In this document: positions 38,375 to 47,403 of the stretch, piece after piece | Numbering within the stretch: the first letter of the stretch is position 1 | How the letters are laid out: each line of letters begins with the position of its first letter | NCBI GenBank assembly: GCA_046563655.1 | Contig: CM102287.1 | Span: forward strand, 868,001 to 932,000 | Direction of reading: 5' to 3' | DNA from: Yuukianura sp. NJ FZ-2021 | Taxonomy: Eukaryota | Length of the DNA stretch: 64,000 nt | Translations under genes and position numbers: made by a program | The notes under the pieces: generated by a model | What the model saw: only the letters and a program-made list of their open reading frames with translations | What the model was told of the DNA's origin: nothing | Databases searched by the model: none

Positions 38375-38976
38375 AATGCATACTTTGTTAAATTAAGTTA
38401 TTGAGCCGAACATCGTTTGTTTATAATTAAAATTATAAAAATTTCAAGTAAATGCAAATTTGACCCCTGTTATGCACTATTCACGTATTAAACATTTAAG
38501 CCGGATTTTCTACCCTCTGATCAGTCTTAATTTAACAACGTAACTAAACATACTGCCAGAAAGTGACCAGATCATAACTCCGTTGTTTATAAATATTTTG
38601 AGTGCAATCGAAACCAAAACAGTTTTGCGGAGGCACGATACTGCGGGTACGTAAAGTAGCCGCCTACTTCTACGTTGTTAATGAACGAGTTTGAGTGCAA
38701 TGTAGACCTACTAAAAACACTTGAGCCATAGATAACCCCCGACTGCGATGGAGCTAATGTTTCAGTGGAAAGTGTCCTAAAAAACGTTACGGACAGACGG
38801 ACGGACGGACAAAGTCGTATCAATAGTCTTCTTCCGCACGTCGTAGACGTGCGTCTCCAGAAGACTAAAAAAATGATCTAAAAAGGAATTAATGTTAGGT
38901 AGGGTTGTGAGAGTGAGGCTAAATTGGGTCAAATTGGGGTCAAGGGTCAAATATAGCCCGTTTGAGGCCCCTCATA

Positions 38977-39550
38977 TGAGGAGGTAGGCTCCTCACGGGC
39001 CGCCACAAAGGGCACCCGGAATGAGAGGTCAAGGACAGGTCACCAGAGTGACCTGGACACAAATAAATCGATGGAAAAGGGGGCGGATATGGGGGAGAAC
39101 AAATAATGTTTATTTAAATAAAGAAAAACGAGAAAAACGAAAAGAACCAATATGTTGTGGGTGTGTCTGGTGGTTTTGGGTCGTGTCCAGTGATGGTTGG
39201 GGTCACGGCGTGGTCCACTGACCAAAAAAAAAGTATGGCTGCCGGTGGAGTGACGAGAGGCGAGGACTGGACTGCTTTGCGGTTGGAAGTCGACTGCCAG
39301 GAGGAAGTGGGGATTGGGCTTCTGCCTTTGAACAGGCAGAAGTTCTAGAATCTTCTAGAAGGTGGTTTGGGGGAATCGGCTATGGGGGAAAACACACGGC
39401 GGAGTGGGAAAAACGCCTTGTCATGTTTCTTTTCAGAAACATGGCAAGGGCTAGTGAGAACTTTCGTTGGGGAATGGGAGGAGTCTTGGTTTCATTAGAA
39501 ACCAACACAAATAATGACGATAGGCGACACCGGAGGTCAGCCCTCTCACA
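38977..39550 (-). repeat. Isolated LTR of the family seen at 25695-25850
   Basis: Both ends match the deleted copy; TG...CA termini; TSD ambiguous. Confidence 0.65.
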
Positions 39551-40814
39551 TATGCTAAGTATCCACAACTTAGAACAAAAACAGTTAGTGCTTCATTTTC
39601 AAATGTTGAAGCAGAACAAACAGAACAATCAAATACAAAAAACTAAACAAACCGGGTGTTTACGCTCACCCAATGACAAAAGCAGCGTACACTTTAACTG
39701 CACAGGATGTAAACAAATGCATCCTTGGGCAAAATACCTTAGTCTTTGAAAATTCAAAATTTTCAAAAATTCAAAGTAATCAAACTACTAGCGACACCTA
39801 CGCTAGTAAAGTCAAACAAAATTTAAATTTAAATAAACGGTACCCAAACCTACAGAATACAAGTCGATGAAGGTGCTAACTTTAGCAGCATTGGCTTAGA
39901 ATTTTTAAATGAAGTACAGGAGTTTGTACATAAGAGGTATCGGATTTGCCCAGTGGTGGTCAACACAGCCAATAGTGAAACACAAATTGATGAAATGGTT
40001 GAACTGAAGTTCACCTACAACAATGTTCTCACTATTTGGGGCTTTCACCTAATGAAAGGATTGAGGCCTAGAATGCTGTTAGGAACTGACTGGACAACCA
40101 GAACCCTAAACAAAAAGGAAATTCCAACAATTGATGAAAATTTACCTCTGAATTTGCCAAAGGCTGAGGAGAATGTACCTCGGTTACACAAATTCAAGTT
40201 AACCAATTCTGTCCGACTTCAACCAAAAATGAATTCAAGAATCACGGTTGAGTCAGATCACATTATTTCAGGGTCAGTAATACTGAACCCAAACAGGAAA
40301 CTTAATGAGGCCCATGCCTTCAATCTTATGTTTACTCGACAGTCAGGGACAGCCGTACTGATATATGGCTCACCAATTTAAGCTATTTCTGTGTGACCTT
40401 AGGAAAAGGCACAACTACCGTATTTTCCCAAATAGTACACCCGTTGTACTAATTTTGTTTTCGACTTCTGGGGGTGGTGTACTATTAGGGACCTGGTGTA
40501 CTATGAAGCGGAGAGGGACTGACGAAGGACGGATTCGGAACTCCGGAGGAAACCGAGTAGTTAGGGATAGGTAAAGTAGGAGGACTATGTTCTCTGAGTG
40601 TAGGATACAGAAATATTCTTTTTCACATTTTTCTGTAACGGGAGTCTCTTCCCAACCTTCAACAAGTGAACACATAAATAAAAGTCTATTCCATTAGTTC
40701 ACTGTTGTTGTCACGACCAGTTCATTTCTCAGTTGATGTTGGCTCAATAGGAGAACCTAGCATTGTTGACCTCAGGTCAAATCTTCTCTCCAGGAAGATT
40801 CGACCTGAACTGCA

Positions 40815-41728
40815 GATTTCCCTGAAGAGGAAATCACAGTATCGGTCTCAGGGACTGCGGGGTTGTTGCAGTGGCGGCCGAAGGGATCATTCCAGTGATG
40901 TCATGTTGTCAACTGAAATGAAAGGTCAAGAGGTCAAGTGAGACTTTCCGGTAGAGAAAGGCTCAATTGAAGACAATTGAAGAAGGAGACGAGATAAATT
41001 GATGAGAATTTCCCTGTAGAGGAAATTCTGACCTACCAGCTGATTGATTTTCCTGTAGAGAAAAGCAATCCAGCATTGGAATAAATCGAAAACCTGCCTG
41101 TATTTTCCAGTAGAGAAAAGACGGGTCAGGTCAAAGGTCAAATAAAGGCACGGGTGCTGCCAAAAATTTTCCAAAAATCGTTTTCACGCACGGGTGCTGC
41201 CCGATTTTTTCAAAAATTCAAACACTTTGAAATTTTCCTGAAGAGAAAAGTTCAAAGGTCGAAGACACCAAACCAAAGGACAGAGAGCAATTCGTCGCTC
41301 ATTTTGAAAAATCCTGAAGAGATTTTTCGAAAAACTGAACCGATTTTCCTGTAGAGAAAATCGTTCACTGTCCAATTGATGCCAAATTAAGAGGAGGAAG
41401 AGATTCGCATAACAACCCTGACAAAATAAAGGCACGGGTGCTGCCAAAAAATTCCAAAAATCAGACATTACGCACGGGTGCTGCCCAAAATTTTTCAAAA
41501 AGTTGAAATCACGCACGGGTGCTGCCCGATTTTCCAAAAATTACCAAATACTTTGATTTCCCTGAAGAGGAAATCGAAAATCCAAGGAGAGGAACAAGTT
41601 GTAACTTGGCGTTGAAGCTCCTGAAGAGAGCATCGACACCAAGACCACCTCAAAACCAATTACAACAAACAGAATCCTAAAAAACAGCTCAGTTAACTGG
41701 ACTAATTGAAATTCCTGTAGAGAATTTC
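40815..41728 (+). repeat. Array of 11 stem-loops with a conserved CDGWAGA loop (U5 / 5' leader)
   Basis: Loops start at 40822, 40949, 41014, 41053, 41108, 41238, 41314, 41349, 41562, 41621 and 41715, each closed by its own complementary stem. Confidence 0.8.
41147..41527 (+). repeat. Five copies of GCACGGGTGCTGCC in the gypsy leader
   Basis: Copies near 41148, 41188, 41432, 41472 and 41513. Confidence 0.8.
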
Positions 41729-41746
41729 GTTTTCCAGCATTAACTA

Positions 41747-43387
41747 ATGAGCAGAAGGGAGGTGAGAGATTTAGAACAAAACTCTCGTGCATTCCTACGT
41801 GGATTCAACATGGACAGGCAAAACATAAATCCAATTCCTGAAGAACCAATTGATGTTGATGATCTTGAAGGTGACATGCAGATTCACAATCCAGTAGATG
41901 ATGATGATGATTTTTCAAATGGAGGTTCAGATGCAAGTTCCGTTGTTCAACGAACTGTAGCAAACCAAGTTCCTATCGTCTCATCTGCTGCTTCAACTAT
42001 CACAACCCAGGCTCCAACAGCAATATCAGGCATGCGCACTACGGGTTCTGGTCTATCCAGTTCACGTACTGTACCGAGTGGAGCAGATTATGTTCGCATT
42101 CCACAATCAAGTCAAATTAATGAACAAAATATTGCGAAATGGATCAATGAGGGATTAGCTGCTATGGTTTCAGAAATTGTGAATCCTATACATACGGCTC
42201 TAACACGATTGGATAGACGCATGCACAGAATGGAAAGTGGCAATGCAAATCCTACTGGCAGCCAATTCTACCAACCACAATTCAACCAGAGACAGCAAAT
42301 TAATCAACCTCAACAAGATTTCCTAAATGCTCTGCAAGGAATTCGCCTGACAACAGTCAGTTCTGCAATTCCAATTCCGAAGTTCAATCATAAGAAAACA
42401 ACAGCTTCAGACTTCTTGAAGGATGTTGAACGATATTACAGAGCTCAACAATACAATGAAAGTGACTACTTGTATTTGGTCAAAAACATTTTGCCAAATG
42501 ACGCAAAGGAATGGTGGGACCATGTACGTCACAGAATCGATGATTGGGATGAATTCAAACAAGAGTTTATGGAAAAATACGACGGAGCCACCAACATCAT
42601 GGAACGAATGAGGCTTTTGCAAACAAGACTTCAGCGTGCCCATGAACCAACAGAGTCTTTCATTTTTGAAATGATGAAGATGTCAAAGGTCGTTTATCCA
42701 AATGAACCTACAGAAATGGCTGTTGAAAGAACAAGAAATGCCCTATTTCCACAGTTGCGACTGGGTTTAGGAGCTCAAGAAATTAAAACACCGGAGGCTC
42801 TAGTCAAAGCTTGTCACGTGGTTCACCGTAGCCTAGAAGCTAACGCCAGAATATACAGAGAGAAATTACGCCTACCGCCGTTGAGTAAGCATGAACTTGA
42901 AGAATCTAAGAAAAATCAAGGCCCCAAACAAAAATCTGAAGCAAAGTCAACTGAAAAAACGGAGGCTGAGTCGTATCGCGGTTCAACTTTCTTTCGTGTA
43001 CAAAGGGGATTCAATCAAAGATATAATTCAAATTCAAGACGTCCATTCCGCGGCGGCAGAGGAAATTTCCCTGGAAGAGGGAATTTCACTTATCGCGGTG
43101 GAAGATGGAACGGAAATCCAAGAGATGACAAACAAAATGACAAACCTCAAGAAAAAAAACCAAGTCAAAATCCATCTGACAAGAACAAACTGGCCAACGT
43201 CCAATGCATGAAATGTAAAGGCTTTGGTCATCTTACAACAATGTGTCCAAACAAAACCGGATTGGCACTTCCCGCTCATGATGAATGGGAAACGGAGTAT
43301 GAAGAGGAATACTACCAGGAAGAGCCAATGGATGATGAAAGTACCAATCAAAATCCAGATTTAAACTCCAAAGGGAGACACCAATAA
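41747..43387 (+). CDS. gag: Gag (capsid + RGG-rich region + CCHC knuckle), 546 aa
   Basis: IPKF..AKEWW..WDEFKQEF capsid motif; CMKCKGFGHLTTMC. Confidence 0.9.
   Translation: MSRREVRDLEQNSRAFLRGFNMDRQNINPIPEEPIDVDDLEGDMQIHNPVDDDDDFSNGGSDASSVVQRTVANQVPIVSSAASTITTQAPTAISGMRTTGSGLSSSRTVPSGADYVRIPQSSQINEQNIAKWINEGLAAMVSEIVNPIHTALTRLDRRMHRMESGNANPTGSQFYQPQFNQRQQINQPQQDFLNALQGIRLTTVSSAIPIPKFNHKKTTASDFLKDVERYYRAQQYNESDYLYLVKNILPNDAKEWWDHVRHRIDDWDEFKQEFMEKYDGATNIMERMRLLQTRLQRAHEPTESFIFEMMKMSKVVYPNEPTEMAVERTRNALFPQLRLGLGAQEIKTPEALVKACHVVHRSLEANARIYREKLRLPPLSKHELEESKKNQGPKQKSEAKSTEKTEAESYRGSTFFRVQRGFNQRYNSNSRRPFRGGRGNFPGRGNFTYRGGRWNGNPRDDKQNDKPQEKKPSQNPSDKNKLANVQCMKCKGFGHLTTMCPNKTGLALPAHDEWETEYEEEYYQEEPMDDESTNQNPDLNSKGRHQ
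43360..43366 (+). promoter_or_regulatory. -1 ribosomal frameshift heptamer T-TTA-AAC
   Basis: In gag phase; the -1 frame is open into pol (LQRETPINTSMCVL). Confidence 0.7.
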
Positions 43388-43395
43388 ACACCTCA

Positions 43396-46300
43396 ATGTG
43401 TGTTCTCCCAATTCTCAACCGAATATCCAGAGGTGTACCTACAATCCAAGCTACTTCAAATCAATTCAAATTCTCTGCACTCTTGGACTCAGGGTCTAAG
43501 TTTTGCATCATGACGGAGCAATTGGCAAAAGACACCAAATCAAAAATTTCAAAATCAGAAACTTCTGTACTTCACGGATTGGCGGGGAAAGTACAAACAA
43601 TTGGCAAAGTCAAACTTCAATTCAAAATTGGAAATCGATTAATCAATTGGCAATTTCAAGTAGTGGAGAAGCTTCCAGTCTCTTGCATTCTTGGAGCTGA
43701 CTTCATTCAGAAAAACAAAATTCTTTTTGACTTAGACGAATCAAAATTTTGGTTCAAGGAGGAGCCAAACCAAACATATTTCATCAGAGGATTTCATGAC
43801 AAGAAACCCAAGCTTACATTGTCAGTCACATCTTCCGCATTCGAATTTTCCAGTAGAGAAAAGTCGATTGACGATCGTGTGAAAGAGATCCTAGACAAAT
43901 TCCCAAATGTTGCAAGAAAGGATGGGAAGTTTGGACGAACCGATGTCACTTACCATGTCATTGACACTGAAGGTCCACCAGTCAAACAACGTCCATACAA
44001 AACTTCGCCAATGATGAGAGAAATTATCAAACAAAATGTGGAAATTCTAGAAAAAAATGGAATGATCAGACCATCCAGATCACCCTATGCATCGCCAGTC
44101 GTTCTTGATCAAAAGAAAAATGGTCAGTGGAGGCTCTGCATTGACTACAAGCGTCTTAATAAACAAACAAAAGACAACGCTGGACCGATGCATAATGCTC
44201 ACACAATTCTAAGACAAATTCCAGCAGGTTACTGGTATTCAGTCATCGACCTTCAGGCTGGATATTGGCAAATCATGCTGTCAGAAGAAAGTATTGAAAA
44301 ATCCGCTTTCATTACAGAAGATGGACATTGGGATCTACTCGTGATGGGATTCGGATTGAAGAATGCTCCAAAAACATTCGCAGCATTAATGAACATTGTT
44401 CTAAAAGATGCAATTGGTAAATACGTTCATGTATTTATTGATGACACCATCATTTTCTCAAAAGATTTGGAAACTCATCTCAAGCATATTGAAATGGTCA
44501 TGGAGAAACTCAATACCGCAAATCTAACAATCAACTTGGAAAAATCAATTTTTGCCAAGCGAAGAGTTCCATTTCTTGGACATACAATTGGAGAAGACGG
44601 ATTGAAAAAGAATTTAGACAAAATGGAAGCTATTACAGACTATCCAAAACCTCAATGTGTCAAGGACGTACAGCGATTTCATGGCATGTGTCAATGGTAC
44701 TCTACATTCATTGAACACTTTGCGCAGAAGGCTGAACCCTTGTACAAACTTTTACGAAAAGGAACCAAATGGAATTGGGGTGAAGATCAAGAAAAATCGT
44801 TCCAGACTCTCAAAAAAGACATTTGCAATGAAGTGATACTCAAAGAAGTCGACTATTCCAAACCAATTATCCTCAAATGTGACGCATCCGATATTGGCTT
44901 GGGCGCAGCGCTGGTCCAAGCTATAGATGAAAAGGAACGGCCAATACTTTTCATCTCCAAAATTCTGAAGAAAACAGAACGGAGTGCACACATTTATGAG
45001 AAGGAAGTCTATGCAATCGTCTGGGCGTTAAAAACTCTCAAACACTATCTGCAAGGTCACAGTTTCAAAATCTACACAGACAGCAGAGCAGTCAACTACA
45101 TCAAAGGACTTAAAGACTCAAAACCAAAATTCATGAGATGGGCTCAAGAAATTGATCGCTGGAATGCGACAATTGAATTAAGAAAAGGCAGAGAGAATGT
45201 CGAGGCAGATGCTCTCTCACGGGCGCCAGTTGACAGTCACAATACAGAAGACATGGATGATCCTGAAGAGATCATCTATACTCCTGTATGTTTCTGTTAT
45301 GATACGCCGACATGGAGTCAAATCAAAAAAGAACAAGAAAAGGACATTGAAATTTCACGTCTCAAGAAATTGCTTTGTTATGACCCTTCAAATTCCAAGT
45401 GCGCACACTTCGTAGTTGAAGATGGAATAGTGAAGCGTCTAGTCGAGATTCCGCTCAAGAGAATCAACAAGTACTCTCTCGCAGATACTTCCGAGGTTCA
45501 CTCATTAGTAGCTGAAACTCAAATTCAAAAAATGGAAATTCCGGGTTTCCAAAAATGTACATCCTGTGCCGAGGAACAACGTCCAGTTCAGTCAGCAGGG
45601 ATCGTACCAGAGTCAAATCAAACCAAAAAGTCAAAACAGAAGTTAGTTTGGCAAAAAATCAAGATTCCAGTTATTCCAAAGTCACTCCAAAATGAAATTC
45701 TGAAGATATTTCATGATGCACCAGAGGCAGGTCATCCTGGAGTTAAGAAGACAAAGGAAAAAGTCAAAGATAGATGTTTCTGGAATGGAATGAATAAGGA
45801 CATTGCCGATTACGTCAAGTCGTGCAAAATTTGTCAAACGACAAAGCCAGACAACACCCTACCATCTGGGTTGCTTCAATCAACAGATTACGCTACATCA
45901 GTTTTTTCTACACTACACATCGATTTTCTAGGCCCCATGGTACCTAGTTCAAGAAGAAACAAATTCATTTTGGTCGTAATCGATGAATTATCCAAATGGG
46001 TGGAGCTATTTCCCATGACATCGGACACATCAGCAAAAGTTGCAGAAGTTTTAGAAGATTCAATATTTTGTCGATTCGGAGTTGCCAAAGTTATCCTTTC
46101 TGACAATGCGAGCCAGTTCAAATCCAAAATAATCAAAAAATTGTGCAAACAATGGAGAATCCAACATCGTTTCATTAGCCCATACCATCCACAGCCAAAT
46201 CAAGCAGAAAGAGTTAACAGGAATCTAAAGGCAATGATTCAAGCATACGTCGAAAATAACCACAGAACTTGGGACGTTCATCTTCAAAAATTCGCATTTG

Positions 46301-46929
46301 CACTGAGAACTTCAATAAATGAATCGACAAAAGTTACACCAGCTCTTTTGAACTTAGGCAGAAATTTGCCACTTCCGTTTGACAGAAATTTGGAAGCCGA
46401 AGGAAATACAAATTTTGACGAAGAAAGACAAAAATTGACAGATTTACCCGAGAAACTACAAGAAATAATCAAATGGGTACAAGAGAACATGGAGGAGGCA
46501 CATGAGAAAAATAAGAAAAATTACGACATTTCTCATCGAGAAGTTACATACGACATTGGGGATTTAGTCTTGGTCCGAAATCACCCAATTTCAAAGAAGA
46601 TCGATGCGGTTATGCAGAAACTTGCAAAACGATGGCTTGGCCCTTTCAAAATTACATCAAAAACCGCAGACGCAAGCTACGAGTTAACAGATCCAGTCAC
46701 AAACAAGAAGTTCGGGAAACGTCACGTTTCGGAGTTAAAACCATTTTTTGTTCGAGAAGAAACTATGTCAGAAATCAAGAACAATGACGTTCCAAGAAGC
46801 CAACCAATTACCAGGAAGTTACGCGTGAAGAAACCAACAAGTGACATTCCCACAAGCCCAGCAGTTACCAGAAAATTACGCGAAAGAAAACAAGTAAATT
46901 ATAGGTCTTTAGCAGGCCTACGTCATTAG
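43396..46929 (+). CDS. pol: Pol (PR-RT-RNase H-IN)
   Basis: LLDSGS, WRLCIDYKRLN, FGLKNAP, FIDD, CDAS..EKE..TD..ADALSR, H..GH..C..C, HIDF/SDN/AER, WLGPF. Confidence 0.95.
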   Translation: MCVLPILNRISRGVPTIQATSNQFKFSALLDSGSKFCIMTEQLAKDTKSKISKSETSVLHGLAGKVQTIGKVKLQFKIGNRLINWQFQVVEKLPVSCILGADFIQKNKILFDLDESKFWFKEEPNQTYFIRGFHDKKPKLTLSVTSSAFEFSSREKSIDDRVKEILDKFPNVARKDGKFGRTDVTYHVIDTEGPPVKQRPYKTSPMMREIIKQNVEILEKNGMIRPSRSPYASPVVLDQKKNGQWRLCIDYKRLNKQTKDNAGPMHNAHTILRQIPAGYWYSVIDLQAGYWQIMLSEESIEKSAFITEDGHWDLLVMGFGLKNAPKTFAALMNIVLKDAIGKYVHVFIDDTIIFSKDLETHLKHIEMVMEKLNTANLTINLEKSIFAKRRVPFLGHTIGEDGLKKNLDKMEAITDYPKPQCVKDVQRFHGMCQWYSTFIEHFAQKAEPLYKLLRKGTKWNWGEDQEKSFQTLKKDICNEVILKEVDYSKPIILKCDASDIGLGAALVQAIDEKERPILFISKILKKTERSAHIYEKEVYAIVWALKTLKHYLQGHSFKIYTDSRAVNYIKGLKDSKPKFMRWAQEIDRWNATIELRKGRENVEADALSRAPVDSHNTEDMDDPEEIIYTPVCFCYDTPTWSQIKKEQEKDIEISRLKKLLCYDPSNSKCAHFVVEDGIVKRLVEIPLKRINKYSLADTSEVHSLVAETQIQKMEIPGFQKCTSCAEEQRPVQSAGIVPESNQTKKSKQKLVWQKIKIPVIPKSLQNEILKIFHDAPEAGHPGVKKTKEKVKDRCFWNGMNKDIADYVKSCKICQTTKPDNTLPSGLLQSTDYATSVFSTLHIDFLGPMVPSSRRNKFILVVIDELSKWVELFPMTSDTSAKVAEVLEDSIFCRFGVAKVILSDNASQFKSKIIKKLCKQWRIQHRFISPYHPQPNQAERVNRNLKAMIQAYVENNHRTWDVHLQKFAFALRTSINESTKVTPALLNLGRNLPLPFDRNLEAEGNTNFDEERQKLTDLPEKLQEIIKWVQENMEEAHEKNKKNYDISHREVTYDIGDLVLVRNHPISKKIDAVMQKLAKRWLGPFKITSKTADASYELTDPVTNKKFGKRHVSELKPFFVREETMSEIKNNDVPRSQPITRKLRVKKPTSDIPTSPAVTRKLRERKQVNYRSLAGLRH

Positions 46930-47267
46930 TTAAGTCAAAATAATACTTCATTATTAGGTAGGAATATATTCAAATTGTTATAGTATAAATCATAATGTTA
47001 ATAGATTTATAATTTTCCTTTATTATTTCATAATTCATTAATAATTAGTTATTTCTATTCATTCATAATCGTACTGAAATAGTATAATTCCAGTATTTAG
47101 TTGTTAGATTTAATGTTAAGTAAAGTAAAATCGCAGGTTGACGTTACGCAGTTTCCGCTAAATCAGATTATTAGTTATAACCTCACACGCCAGCGCCAAC
47201 TCACACTCATTTCTCTAACCATCTCACATGCTTTCTAGATCCAGCACAGCACAGTCGGGACATATAC

Positions 47268-47403
47268 TCTAATTTCCCTGTAGAGGAAATTGGAATTCAA
47301 AAACTGAAAATCTCCTGTAGAGAGAATTTCGGATTCAAAAAACGTTCAACTGATTTTCCAGAAGAGAAAATCGGTGTTGACTTCTCTGTAGAAGAAGTCG
47401 ACA
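47268..47403 (+). repeat. Four tandem CWGWAGA-loop hairpins directly upstream of ORF3
   Basis: Loops at 47278, 47315, 47359 and 47386; the last stem ends at the ORF3 ATG. Candidate branch point CTAAC (47215) and acceptor TTTCTAG (47238) lie just upstream. Confidence 0.8.

Larger units (their letters stand above)
30551..38866 (-). repeat. DINE-1/HINE-like element split by pogo and BEL/Pao insertions
   Basis: Same termini as the 29741 copy. Its 30899-38866 portion, minus the inserts, aligns to 22639-23596. Confidence 0.7.

Noticed and set aside
38973..39554. TSD for the isolated LTR
   Set aside because: TATG occurs on both sides but overlaps the expected TG terminus, so it cannot be called.
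40815..40835. Hammerhead ribozyme (CTGAAGA...GAAA)
   Set aside because: There is no room for stem II, the GAAA is part of the closing stem, and many copies read CTGTAGA or CAGTAGA.
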